A DNA stretch of 64,000 bases, from positions 64,001 to 128,000 of the forward strand of contig CAVPLT010000002.1 of assembly GCA_963706325.1 (NCBI GenBank). The letters run 5' to 3'. Shown piece by piece: positions 21,946 to 33,030 of this stretch. The translations under genes were made by a program, and so were the position numbers. The first letter of the stretch is position 1; the number at the start of each line of letters is the position of its first letter. The stretch comes from an uncultured Nitrospiraceae bacterium. GTDB taxonomy: Bacteria > Nitrospirota > Nitrospiria > Nitrospirales > Nitrospiraceae. The notes beneath the pieces are model-generated. The model saw only the letters and a list, made by a program, of their open reading frames with translations. It was not told the origin of the DNA and did not search any database.

Positions 21946-24839
21946 TGGGCCAGCTGCCAGGCCGTACCAGCCGCGATAGCATTCTCCACGTGTGGGGCCA
22001 GTCGAACTCCCACGACGGAAGGGATATGGCCACCCAGGGTGGACGAGCATTTCGTCGAGCAGCCGGACCGTTGGGTGCAGGGCGCCTGTCTGCTCTGTTC
22101 CACGGGTTGTGCGTTGGACATCGGAGTCAAAGACGGAAGGATGCTGGGAGTTCGCGGGCGGGAAGGCGACCGGGTCAATCGAGGGCGGCTGGGCCCCAAA
22201 GGCCTGTATGGCTGGCAGGCGAACCACAGCCCCGATCGATTGACGGAGCCACTTATTCGTCGAGGGGGCAAACTGGAGCCGGCGAGTTGGAATGACGCGA
22301 TGACTCGGATCGTCGATCGCTCGAAACGTATCCGCGAAGCCCATACGAGTAGCGCCATCGGCTTTTACACCAGCGGCCAGCTGTTCCTGGAAGAGTATTA
22401 CACCTTGGGAGTTTTGGGAAAGGCCGGTCTCGGGACGCCGCATATGGATGGCAACACTCGGCTGTGCACGGCCACATCGGCCGCTGCGCTGAAGGCGTCT
22501 TTCGGCACGGATGGTCAACCTGGTTCGTACAGCGATCTCGATGTGACCGAGGCCATCGTGCATTTCGGGCATAACATTGCCTCCCAGCAGACGGTGCTTT
22601 GGATGCGAATTCTGGACAGGCTCACCGGCGCCAATCGCCCGAAGCTGGTCGTCGTTGATCCTCGTACGACTGAGACGGCACGCGTCGCCGATGTTCACCT
22701 GGCCCCTCGAGTCGGGACCAACATGGCTTTGCTCAACGGCTTACAGCATCTGCTCATCGCCGCAGGGCACATTGACCGGCCCTACATCGAGTGCCACACA
22801 GTGGGTTTTGATGCGCTGGAACGGATGGTTGCCGACTGGACGCCGGAGCGGGTCCGTGATGTCACCGGCGTTACCCTGCATGAGCTGCACGCGGCGGCCT
22901 CGATCATCGGCGAAAGTCCTTCGCTCGTGTCAACGGTCCTGCAGGGGGTGTACCAATCCAATCAAGCGACCGCTGCCGCCGTGCAAGTGAATAATATTCA
23001 TCTCCTTCGGGGCATGCTTGGCAAGGCGGGATGTGGAGTGCTCCAGATGAACGGCCAGCCGACGGCGCAGAATACGAGAGAGTGCGGAGCCGACGGTGAT
23101 TTGCCCGGCTTCCGCAATTGGGAAAATCCAGCGCATATCGAGCAGTTAGCGAGGCTGTGGAATGTGGATGCGGCGATCATTCCCTCGTGGGCGCCACCCA
23201 CCCACGCCATGCAGATCTTCCGGTATGCCGAGGAGGGATCCCTGAAAATGCTCTGGATCAGCGGCACAAATCCGGCGGTTTCGTTGCCCAACCTTGCCCG
23301 AGTCAGGAAGATCCTGGGAGATGATCAGCTGTTTGTGATCGTACAGGACGCCTGGTTGACTGAAACGACGGCCTACGCAGATGTCGTTCTTCCAACAGCT
23401 CTCTGGGGTGAGAAAACCGGGTGCTTCACCAATGTCGATAGAACGGTTCATCTCTCACGGAAGGCGATTGAACCGCCGGGTGAGGCGCGGTCTGATTTGG
23501 ACATCTTTTTGGACTATAGCCGACGAATGGAGTTCCGCGACCGGGACGGCCGGCCGCTGATCAAGTGGCAGTCGGCGGAAGAGGCGTTCGAAGCCTGGAA
23601 GGCCTGTTCAAAGGGCAGGCCGTGCGACTACAGCGGATTAACCTACGACAAGCTGAACGGAGATTCTGGAATTCAATGGCCCTGTACCGATGAATTTCCG
23701 GAAGGTACGGAGCGATTGTATGTGGACGGGCGGTTCAATACGTCTTCCGACTATTGCGAGACATTCGGCCATGATCTGACGACCGGCGCCGTACAAACCC
23801 CGGAAGAATACCGGGCTCGGGATCCCCGCGGCAAGGCGATGTTATTTGTCGTAGATTATCAGGCGCCCCACGAAATACCGGACGATGAGTTTCCCTTCTG
23901 GCTGACGACCGGACGGGTGCTGTTTCAATTCCACACGAGAACGAAAACCGCCCGGTCTCCTGAACTGAACGCGGCGGCGCCGGACGCCTATGCGCAAATT
24001 TCTGAAGCGGACGCCGAGAGGCTGCATGTGGCTGAGGGTGATAGGGTCATTGTGGAGACCAAGCGAGGCCGCATTATCGTAGCGGCCAGAATCGGTGGGA
24101 TCATTGACCGGCATGTCTTCGTGCCTTTTCACTACGGCTATTGGGACGATCCAGGCGGGGCGCGGGCTGCCAATGAACTGACCCTGTCCGAATGGGATCC
24201 GGTCAGTAAGCAGCCCTATTTCAAATATGCGGCGGCCCTAGTGGAGAAGGCGCCCTCCTCTTCGATCATCAGCAAGGTGACCGACGCCGCGGAGGCGGCG
24301 GGTGCGCAACTGATGCAGGCAGTCACGAGCGCGAAGGAGATTCCGGCGGCGATCAAAAAGGCCTTCACAGCGGCTGAAGGCGGGCGTCCACTCGCGCTTT
24401 ATCTCGGGTTACTCGATCAAAGCGAGCGCCACCTCTCGGAAGCCTTTACGAACGTCGCCGATCACCATGGGGAAAGTCCCGATATCCACGGCACCTGTGT
24501 GTTAATGGGCGGTTGGTCTGCGCAACAGGCGGAGGCGTTACGTCCGGTCATTACGCGCTATGGCGAGGAATCCCAGAAAGAGCCGGATCGGTTGCGGAGG
24601 GCCCTCTTCGAAGGTCCGCGAACCGGAGGACTTGGCCTGCTGCGCGACCTGCATGTCTCTGGCTTGCAGCGGCCGAGGTGCATCTCTGTTATGAGGCGGT
24701 TCGGCAGGCGGGGAGGGCTCTACATGATAGAGAGCTGGTGGCGCTGTGCGAACGGTCCAGTGCGCAAACCGACCGGCAACTCGCATGGCTGCGAACTCGC
24801 ATTGACCAAGCAGCGCCCCAGGCCTTAACGGTGACATGA
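21942..24839 (+). CDS. Mo-bisPGD oxidoreductase (assimilatory nitrate reductase-like) with fused C-terminal helical domain; frameshifts near 21997 and 24655
   Basis: CLLCSTGC, DGNTRLC, GQPTAQNTRE, EKTGCFTN, LTTGRVLFQFHT; termini in adjacent frames. Confidence 0.85.
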
Positions 24840-24840
24840 A

Positions 24841-25272
24841 TCAAGCGGGGAACCGCTTCGACTGAGTATCATGGCGAAGAGACGAGTCGCGGACCTGAGC
24901 GCCTACCCATAAAGACGCCGCGAGGCCGGCATAGAGCGCGGGGTACCAAGCCCGGGGGAACAGCAATTCGAATCCCGGCGTACAACGTTTGGGAACGACG
25001 TGGTAGTCCACCAGATAGGCCACAAACGAAACAAGGATGACATGGGGAACGCCATGCCCTGGGACGCGACTTGGCCGCTCGCGAAACAGGGCTTCAAAAC
25101 AACCAGACCAGAAGAGGCAGGCCAGCTGGTTCAAGAGTAGCCCACTTACGGTGTAGCGAAACGACCAATTTCTCTGCCTGCCGGCCTTTTCCCCCCATAG
25201 CATGTGGCTGATCGCGTTTAATCCAGGAGCGGTTCGACCTGTTCGAACGCGACTTGCCATGGCAATGACCAC
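24841..25272 (-). CDS. Hypothetical membrane protein
   Basis: NAISHMLWG...AYLVDYHVVPKRCTPGFE with hydrophobic segments; start uncertain. Confidence 0.6.
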   Translation of the reverse strand: MVIAMASRVRTGRTAPGLNAISHMLWGEKAGRQRNWSFRYTVSGLLLNQLACLFWSGCFEALFRERPSRVPGHGVPHVILVSFVAYLVDYHVVPKRCTPGFELLFPRAWYPALYAGLAASLWVGAQVRDSSLRHDTQSKRFPA

Positions 25273-25351
25273 GCCATAAGGAGGCCGCTGACCGTTCCGG
25301 ATCGACCGGACTGTTGGATCAATGATTTAAGCGGCATGTGTATACAATAGA

Positions 25352-25912
25352 TTATGTCGTCGATCCCTTGTCGCCATACAGTTCAGCAATCAGAGGAACC
25401 GGGTTGACCGTCGTGGCCTGAAGGCCCTTCTCTCCCGGCGCCACACTGAGATTCACTTCAAGGCCTTCGTCTATTTGCTCAAACTCGAGGTCATGCACGG
25501 CATTCCTATGAAAATAGACTTCCCTCCCATCGCCCAGGAGGATGAACCCATAGCCCTCGTCTCGCAGCACCTTGCTGACGACCCCTCTTTCTGCGGGCGT
25601 GGTGATGCGGATCTCGTGCGAAGAGCGTTTCTCCCGGATCTTGTCCAACTCGACCTTGAGGGCGGCGAAGGTATCCCGGATGGCTTCCTCGAAACTGTCC
25701 TGCTGTTTTCTGGCGGTAATGGTGTGACCGGGGATGTGGGAGACGATCACGACATCATAGGAATCCTCCGCTTTTCGATGGTCGTGTTTGGTCAAGGTAA
25801 TCCTGATATGAGTCATGTCGTTGCCGGGGTGCAAATCAGCGACGCGAGATTCGATGTCGGCGCGCCATTCGGCGGTCACGCCCGTGTGACGTCCTTCAAT
25901 TTGTATGTCCAT
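25352..25912 (-). CDS. HPF/RaiA ribosome-associated domain fused to cold-shock domain
   Basis: MDIQIEGRH...AIRDTFAAL (HPF-like); EGYGFI...EVYFHRNAV...GEKGLQA (CSD). Confidence 0.85.
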   Translation of the reverse strand: MDIQIEGRHTGVTAEWRADIESRVADLHPGNDMTHIRITLTKHDHRKAEDSYDVVIVSHIPGHTITARKQQDSFEEAIRDTFAALKVELDKIREKRSSHEIRITTPAERGVVSKVLRDEGYGFILLGDGREVYFHRNAVHDLEFEQIDEGLEVNLSVAPGEKGLQATTVNPVPLIAELYGDKGSTT

Positions 25913-26193
25913 CTGCCTCTCCATGATTCTCACCGATTCCTTGGCACTCTCTCACCTCGAGATCAAAACCGGTAGACGGCGGCAAACAACTGTTGGCCTG
26001 GAATCTCTTGGGGTCGGCGCCGTACACGGTCCCGGCGTGCAGCAGGGTCTGCATGGCCGCCAAATCGACGAGTTCATCATCTCCCGGGTGCTCTTCGGCA
26101 TGCTCGTCCAGGCTAAGGCCGTCAAAGTCGAACCGTCCGTACCGATGCACTCCCAGGCCCCAGACCTTATGATGCAGGCTGCGGCGAGGAGCT

Positions 26194-26553
26194 CTATTTG
26201 TCCGTTCTCACCCCAGCCTTTCCACGTCCCTCACTATCGCCGGTCTTGGCTTCGTGGCTGGACTGCGAACCGAGCTGATGCGATCCCTTGTTCTTGTCCG
26301 CTTCAGGCTCCGAATTTTTGGGATCTCTGACGGCTCCCGTCGCGGAGCCACTGTGTTCGTTACGACCCGTATTAGCACTGGTATTTCCGCCGCGCTTTGT
26401 CGACATGGAGGAATCCTCTCCCTGGTGAGTTCCTGTTCCTGTTGATTGGGTCGGCTCATAGCTCAAGGAAACGGTTGCGTCGGCCAGGCCAAGGACCATC
26501 AGAGTGATGACAGTCACCGAAAAGTGCGGCTTTATGGATCTGTGCTGTGTCAT
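26194..26553 (-). CDS. Secreted low-complexity hydrophilic protein
   Basis: Signal-like N-terminus, G/S/T/E-rich body; RBS upstream. Confidence 0.5.
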   Translation of the reverse strand: MTQHRSIKPHFSVTVITLMVLGLADATVSLSYEPTQSTGTGTHQGEDSSMSTKRGGNTSANTGRNEHSGSATGAVRDPKNSEPEADKNKGSHQLGSQSSHEAKTGDSEGRGKAGVRTDK

Positions 26554-26567
26554 GTTGTTCTTCGTGG

Positions 26568-27194
26568 TTAGGACGTGGACTTAAGCAATTCCTGCTTGCG
26601 CTCTTGCATTCGACTTCCAAGTGCCTTGATGTCTGGTTTCTGCTTCGCTTCCGGAAAGAGGACCTCTTCTTCCTCCGCGACATGATCGGTGACCAGGTCC
26701 TTGAGTTCCGCGATTCCAGACTGGAACTCAGGGGTTGCCGAGGAAAGACTTCGCAGCCGCCCGATGAGTTCTTTGACCGCTTGATGATCTTCGTACATGG
26801 AGTCAATCACCTCCTCGCCCATTTCTTCACTGGTCTCCTCAACCTCATCGTCGTCTTCCTCATCATCTTCGTCTTCGTCGAAATCATTCTGTTCGAGCGT
26901 ATCGACACCGTCAATTTCAACCTCTCCCTGTTCCAATTGACTCAACTCGCCCATGTCTCCCCGGCTTCGGAGCGCGGGATAAAACATCTCCTCCTCAATG
27001 ATCGCATGGACCTCCAATTCCTGGAATATCTGCTGCGCGATCCCTTCTTTTCGGCCCTGGTCTCCTGACGTGAACTCGTTGAACAACCGTTCGACTGCGC
27101 GATGGTCTTGCTCGAGCATCTGCACGGCGTCAGCCGACAGTGTCTCCTCGGCTCGTTTACCGGATGTGGTTGCCTGTTGAGTTCGCCGTGGCAT
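26568..27194 (-). CDS. Hemerythrin (HHE) domain protein with acidic insertion
   Basis: DHRAV, HAIIEEEMFYP, DHQAV, HVAEEEEVLFP. Confidence 0.85.
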   Translation of the reverse strand: MPRRTQQATTSGKRAEETLSADAVQMLEQDHRAVERLFNEFTSGDQGRKEGIAQQIFQELEVHAIIEEEMFYPALRSRGDMGELSQLEQGEVEIDGVDTLEQNDFDEDEDDEEDDDEVEETSEEMGEEVIDSMYEDHQAVKELIGRLRSLSSATPEFQSGIAELKDLVTDHVAEEEEVLFPEAKQKPDIKALGSRMQERKQELLKSTS

Positions 27195-27265
27195 GGTCAA
27201 TCCCCTTTCAGAATATAAAATGATCACTCAGGTCGAAAGGTACAAGTCATGACATGACTGATTCA

Positions 27266-28120
27266 TTATCCGTTCACGACTGTCCCACCGTTAGGATGCA
27301 AGATCTGTCCGGTCATGTAAGACGCGTCGTCCGAAGCAAGGAACAGATAGCAGGGGGCGACCTCCTCAGGCTGTCCGGCCCGTTTCAACGGGACGTCTGA
27401 GCCGAAGGTCTCCACCTTTTCAGTGGGAAATGTGGAAGGGATAAGCGGGGTCCAAATCGGACCAGGCGCGACCGCGTTGACTCTGATCCCTTTTTCAGCC
27501 AGGGCCTGAGACAACGACCGAGTGAAGGCGACGATGGCTCCTTTGGTGGCGGAATAGTCCAGGAGATGTCCGCTTCCTTTGTAAGCCGTCACCGACGTCG
27601 TATTGACGATGGCGCTCCCTTCCTGCAGATGCGGAAGAGCCGCCTGCGTCATATAAAAAAAAGAAAAAATATTGGTCCGAAAGGTTCGTTCTAACTGCTC
27701 GGGGGAGATTTCCGTGATACTGTCCTGAGGATGCTGCTCGGCCGCATTGTTGACTAGAATGTCCAGATGCCCGAATTCATGCAGCGTGCGGTCGATACAT
27801 TCGGTGCAGAATCGAGGTGTGCCGACATCCCCCGCCAAGGCAAGGCAACGACGCCCTTCTTTTTCCACCAGCTCAGTAGTTTCGTTTGCATCCTTGTGTT
27901 CATTGAGATAGGCAATCACGATGTCTGCGCCCTCTCGCGCGAAGGCAATCGCGACCGCGCGGCCGATCCCACTATCTCCTCCCGTAATGATGGCCACTTT
28001 CCCCTTTAGCTTACCCGTGCCCCTGTGCTCGGGCTTGTCTGATTTTGGACGGGGAGTCATGTCCGATTCGAGGCCCGGGCGACGATCTTGTTGCTGGGGT
28101 GGCTGTTGCTGCTTTGGCAT
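27266..28120 (-). CDS. SDR oxidoreductase, general stress protein 39 (YdaD/YhdF) type
   Basis: ITGGDSGIGRA, NNAAEQH, DYSATKGA, PGPIWTPLIP, LHPNGG. Confidence 0.93.
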   Translation of the reverse strand: MPKQQQPPQQQDRRPGLESDMTPRPKSDKPEHRGTGKLKGKVAIITGGDSGIGRAVAIAFAREGADIVIAYLNEHKDANETTELVEKEGRRCLALAGDVGTPRFCTECIDRTLHEFGHLDILVNNAAEQHPQDSITEISPEQLERTFRTNIFSFFYMTQAALPHLQEGSAIVNTTSVTAYKGSGHLLDYSATKGAIVAFTRSLSQALAEKGIRVNAVAPGPIWTPLIPSTFPTEKVETFGSDVPLKRAGQPEEVAPCYLFLASDDASYMTGQILHPNGGTVVNG

Positions 28121-28363
28121 GGATCGATCTTCCTCCTATGGACTCAAGAAGCGTTTAGCTAGCGCGTCCTACGCCTGAGTATTCTAGTAATAGAGTCGTT
28201 GTCATGAATGGGAACAGCGGCTTTGTAACCCTGATGAACGTCCCCTGATCAATTAAGCGGGTAACGAAGTTCTGTCACCAGCGATACGTGCTCTATGCCG
28301 TATTCTTAGAGAGGCAGGAGGCGAGATCGCCTCTTGCCTCCTAGGCTAGGGTTTCGCCTCGCT

Positions 28364-28816
28364 CTATCTGCCGCCGCTCACACCCGACCCCGAATTGCCT
28401 GAATCCATGTTGCCGCCGGAGCCGCCAGATCCCATAGCGCTTCCGCCGGCGCTGCCGCTCCCTCGCGATTGTCCGCTTGTCATGTCTTTCTCAGAATGGG
28501 ACCCTGATTCCAATCCGTACCCTGTTCCCTTGCTTGACTCCGGGCTATTGGCTTCCCCGGACGCGGATCCGGATCCCGTTCCGGAGCCAGCTCCCATTTG
28601 TGAGCCGGGTCCGCTTCCGCCCTTTTGGGCATTCCATCCGCTCCCCGGCACGCCTTGGGTCCCCTTCGAACTTCCCTGGCCTTGATTTTCGGTGACGCCT
28701 GGAGCTGTTCCTCCGCTCGAATGTTGTGCGTGAGAAGGAGAGCCCGCGGCGACAACAAGGCCTCCTGCCATACAGACAATTGCCACTACCTGGTGGGTCT
28801 TCATTGTTTCCTCCAT
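28364..28816 (-). CDS. Secreted Gly/Ser-rich disordered protein
   Basis: Signal peptide ending SHA; G/S-rich body; hairpin at ~28311-28340 downstream. Confidence 0.6.
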   Translation of the reverse strand: MEETMKTHQVVAIVCMAGGLVVAAGSPSHAQHSSGGTAPGVTENQGQGSSKGTQGVPGSGWNAQKGGSGPGSQMGAGSGTGSGSASGEANSPESSKGTGYGLESGSHSEKDMTSGQSRGSGSAGGSAMGSGGSGGNMDSGNSGSGVSGGR

Positions 28817-29794
28817 GCGAAGGTTGATGAGGACTGATAACTCACAGTCTCATAGATGAGCCGATTGCAAGATAAAGACCGTCCGGCATTCTTTGCCTGT
28901 AACCCTGACGCCTAAAAAGCTCAGGTTGCTTAAGTCCTTTGCCTGAAGCGTCCTTACGTCATGAAGGGTTTATAGTCTTATTCAGCCATGGCAGGCGGTA
29001 GGCAAATCATCCAAAGAAAATAAAGACAGGATGTCTTAAGTAGGACAAGCTGTCCAAGTGAGCGAGAAGAAGATTCCATTCGGCCTCTGTGATGTATTCG
29101 TTGGAAAAGATGTTGGTGAAGCTGGGGATGCCTGCTTAGGTCCCAGCGGTCGCAGCTGCGCTTCACAACTTGCTCTACACATGTCGCCGCAGTCAGTCCC
29201 GCGGGAGACGGACAGCGCGTCAGGAAATTTTGCGGCAAGATTCAGTCACCGATAGCCAGCCGCAGGCAGCACAGGGTTTCTCGAAACAATCACTGAGGGA
29301 GATATTGAAGCACTGAGTCTGGTCAGGACACACCGTCAACGATTTCCAATCTCCAGCTCAAGAGGTATCAATGGAAACTAATGCCGCCATTCGGTTCCCA
29401 CGCTCACAGGAGCGACTCGCGTCACATGCCTGTGTACTAAAATGGGCGATTGTCGGGTTTGAATTTTGGCGGAGAGAGTGAGGGATATACGGCTGGGCAA
29501 GGCGGATCAAGAAACTACGCTATGAAGCTTCTGTTACTTAACCTCCTGGCAGACATCTGGGGCTCCTGACCCCCGTATCTACACATCCACTGCTCGTCCG
29601 CTGACGCCGGGCCTAGGGGTTTGCCCCCTGTTTCATGGTCTTTTTATACGGTAGTACTCGTTCACCGCGGGGCACGATGGAGTGCGTAAGTCTCCAAGAG
29701 ACAAGACAGGGTGAACAGTAGTTTATCGCCTAAGTCTTAGAGATAAGGCCGTGGTGAATAAAAGCATTCTAGCCTCGGCGACGGAGGTTTGTGA

Positions 29795-30238
29795 GTGGAT
29801 CCTTCCCTCGAAGCGTTAGGTCTGTATTTCATTGCGGTACTCATCTTGGTCGCGGGCATGGTGGGCATCTCCGCGCTGTTGGGAGAACGCCATCGCGAAC
29901 GGACGACCGAACAGCCGTATGAGTCCGGCATTCCCGCGACCGGTTCGGCGCATCTTCGAGTGCCGGTGCAATTTTACCTCATGGCGATGCTGTTCGTGAT
30001 CTTCGATATGGAGTCAGTCTTTCTCTTTGCCTGGGCAGTGGCTCTTCCGGAAGCCGGCTGGCTGGGATTCGGAGAAATGCTCGTTTTTATCGGCATCTTG
30101 TTCATCGCGCTTATCTATCTGTGGAAGGTCGGCGCGTTGGAGTGGGGTAGTCCTTATCAATCCGTGGACAGCACCAGGAAGGAGCGACTGAATGCGGTGG
30201 TGGCTTACGAAAGCGGAACAGGTACAACCGCACGATAA
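29795..30238 (+). CDS. nuoA: NADH-quinone oxidoreductase subunit A
   Basis: [24 protein letters not shown]. Confidence 0.9.
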   Translation: MDPSLEALGLYFIAVLILVAGMVGISALLGERHRERTTEQPYESGIPATGSAHLRVPVQFYLMAMLFVIFDMESVFLFAWAVALPEAGWLGFGEMLVFIGILFIALIYLWKVGALEWGSPYQSVDSTRKERLNAVVAYESGTGTTAR

Positions 30239-30530
30239 CCGGAGCGTCCCAGGGGACGTCGGACCGATGGACGAGACCATCCGTCGCTCCGTGGTCATGG
30301 CCCGATTGGAAGACTTGATAGCCTGGGGGCGTAAGAACTCGCTGTGGCCGTTTAACTTCGGCCTGTCCTGTTGCTACGTGGAAATGGCCACGAGCCTCAC
30401 CAGCCCATATGACATCGCGCGGTTCGGCGCAGAAGTGGTTCGAGGATCGCCCAGGCAGGCGGATGTGATGGTGATAGCGGGAACGGTCTTCATCAAGGTG
30501 GCGCCCATCATACAGCGGTTGCACCAACAG
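30192..30530 (+). pseudogene. nuoB: NADH-quinone oxidoreductase subunit B, truncated
   Basis: [27 protein letters not shown]; similarity stops at RLHQQ. Confidence 0.88.
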
Positions 30531-30687
30531 GCTCACCGTACGGCGCTGAGTACGATTCGCCTCTTCGCTCGCTGCGGCCTTGCTGGACGGACTTTTTCCG
30601 CATCCCGCGGGCTATTCTGACACCGACACGGCGCCTGAGCTGAACGCGGCGTATTACGCCACAATCGAGTTTTTCCGCATCCTGCTG
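30531..30687. repeat. Partial intergenic repeat of the type common in Nitrospira genomes
   Basis: GAGTACGATTCGCCTCTTCGCTCGCTGCGGCCTTGCTGGACGGACTTTTTCCGCATCC recognised from memory; TTTTTCCGCATCC occurs twice (30593, 30670). Confidence 0.55.
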
Positions 30688-30724
30688 GTCGTTCAGAAGT
30701 TCGTTGCTGATCAAGGAGAGGGAT

Positions 30725-31028
30725 ATGTTAGAGCTGTACCAGTTTGAAGAATGCGAATTCAGCCCACAGGTTCGTTTGAAAATGTTCGAATGGGAGATTG
30801 ATTGTATCTTGAGAAACGTGTCACAAGACAAATCGAACCGGCTGCTCTTGAAGAAGATTTCCGGCCGGAGCGAAACCCCCGACCTTGGTTGATTCGACTC
30901 GGGATGTGATTCTGGTGGGCGAGGAAAAGGAGATCATTCGCTACATCCGGAAATATTTCAGAAAGCGCAGCGGGCAGAAACCTACAAGATCGCTAACAGT
31001 AAGCGACTCCACAGAAGTGCGCAAATGA
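30725..31028 (+). pseudogene. Glutaredoxin/GST N-terminal-like protein, frameshift in C-run near 30878
   Basis: MLELYQFEECEFS...ISGRSETP then LVD...EIIRYI in the next frame. Confidence 0.65.
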
Positions 31029-31378
31029 TACAGATTAAGCGCGTCTACAGCGAGCCCAGCAAGCAGGATGGTTTTAGAATTCTGGTCGATCGTGTCTGGC
31101 CTCGTGGTTTTAGCAAGGAGCGGGCGAACGTTGACGAATGGAGAAAAGAGCTGGCCCCGAGCACCGAACTCCGCAAATGGTTCGGCCACGATCCTGCAAA
31201 GTGGGCAGGTTTTCGGGAACGTTACCGAAAGGAGTTGGCCGGATCCGGCGGGATCGACGCACTGAAGGAATTGGCACAACGCTCCCGCCATAAAACGATC
31301 ACGTTGGTGTACGGCGCAGCCGATGAGCAACACAACCAGGCGGTGGCTCTCAAGGAATTCATCGATCAGCAGGCATAA
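31025..31378 (+). CDS. DUF488 (YeaO-like) protein
   Basis: IKRVY, RILVDRVWPRG, APSTELRKWFGHDP, HNQAVAL. Confidence 0.9.
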   Translation: MIQIKRVYSEPSKQDGFRILVDRVWPRGFSKERANVDEWRKELAPSTELRKWFGHDPAKWAGFRERYRKELAGSGGIDALKELAQRSRHKTITLVYGAADEQHNQAVALKEFIDQQA

Positions 31379-31409
31379 ACACGTGCTGAAGAAAGAGGAG
31401 TGACGCGAG

Positions 31410-32428
31410 ATGGCGACGATTGCGATCAACGGATTAGGACGAATCGGCCGCGCGGCCTTCAAAATTATCTTAGAGACGCCCGAGTTGGAGCTTCGAGCGA
31501 TCAATGACCTCAACGCTGCCGACGACCTTGCGTATTTGTTGAACTATGACACCGTCTATGGACGCTACCATGAGAAGGTCGTACCGGTTCCTGAGGGCCT
31601 GAGAGTCAAGGAGAAGACCTATCCTGTGTTCAGGGAAAAGGATCCGACCAGGCTGCCCTGGAAAAATTTGGGGATCGATATCGTGCTGGAATGCACGGGC
31701 GCGTTTAATCAGCAAGCGGACTTGGAACGACATCTGACGGCCGGCGCCAAGACCGTCATCCTCTCGGCGCCTGCCAAAAGTCCGGAAATCGCGACCCTGG
31801 TCCACCGCGTGAACACGACGACCGGTCCAACGACAGGGGTCATCTCCTGCGCCAGTTGCACTACGAATTGCATAGCCCCTTCGGTGGAGGTGATGGGAAG
31901 AAGAATCGGGATTGACAAGGCCATTATGACCACGGTGCATGCCTACACCGCCACCCAGGCGATTGTCGATCGACCCAATAAGAAACGACGACGGGGGCGG
32001 GCTGCCGCGGCGAATCTAATTCCGTCTTCCACCGGCGCCGCGATCGCGACGACCAAAGCCCTGCCGCAGTATGCGGGCAAGTTCGATGGCCTCGCCATTC
32101 GCGTTCCGCTGGCGATCGGCTCCCTTGCGGATCTCGTATTTCTCACGAGCCGACGCACCACGGTTGAAGAAGTCAACGCGGTCTTACAGAAGAAGCGGAT
32201 AGTGACCGCTATCGGGGCGTGCTCGGCGTGACCGATGAACCGCTTGTCTCATCGGACTTCATTCAGGATCCGCGCGCGTCGATCGTGGATCTGGAGCTGA
32301 CGCAGGTGGTGGACGGCGACCTGGTTAAAGTGCTGAGCTGGTACGATAACGAGTGGGGATACACGTCTCAGATGATCAGAGAAGCCGTCAGAATCGCCAA
32401 TGCGACAAAGGGGGCCGACGCACAATAG
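31410..32428 (+). CDS. gap: Type I glyceraldehyde-3-phosphate dehydrogenase, frameshift near 32190
   Basis: INGLGRIGR, ASCTTNC, TTVHAYT; C-terminus WYDNEWGY in second frame. Confidence 0.9.
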
Positions 32429-32859
32429 GATCAGAGCTCTGTAGAATCAGGGTTGCTTATCGAGTAGGTAACAGATGATCTAGTGTGGTACGCCCAGGGT
32501 ACCGATTGTTGGAGTGGCCAAATCTGGATGGACATTGAAGCAATTTCGAGGGCATGTTTGCACCAGCCTGACACACGGAGAGAGGCAGACGAGACGGCCT
32601 TCATCTGGCAGGTGAAGCTTCCTGAATGAAATTGAAGTGGGTTTCTGTACGAGACCCTCGGCGACAAGAGATGAGTATGAGATTCTGCTGGCTGGGTCAC
32701 GGATGTCCACAGTTACGGCAGGAGCGCATCTCTTGGTGATTCAGGGCTTACCGTTGCAGACTGACGAGCGGTTCCTAGCCTGGGCGCAGGAAGGATTGAC
32801 CGAAGCGCCACGACGGAACGATCCTTGCCATCTACTATCTCACGTCTATCGATTCCGTT

Positions 32860-33030
32860 CATGACACCGTGCAGTTCATTGAACAGGAGTGCTGTTTGGA
32901 TGGTTCGTTCGAGGAGTGCATCATTGGGGTGCCTCGGTGGTGATGGTGGCAATTGTGTTGCATATGTTACCGGTGTATTTGTACGACGCCGCCAAAAAAC
33001 CGCGCGAACTGGTGTGCCTGGCGATCCCCC
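32860..33030 (+). pseudogene. Cytochrome b N-terminal remnant (bounds approximate)
   Basis: FGWFVRGVHHWGASVVMVAIVLHM...KKPREL. Confidence 0.7.

Noticed and set aside
21325..22698. 457-aa minus-strand ORF
   Set aside because: Antisense to the cupin and molybdoenzyme genes; no motifs.
28364..28816. Repeat array or CRISPR-like periodicity
   Set aside because: Low-complexity Gly/Ser codons only; no repeat-spacer array or cas gene was seen anywhere in the window.
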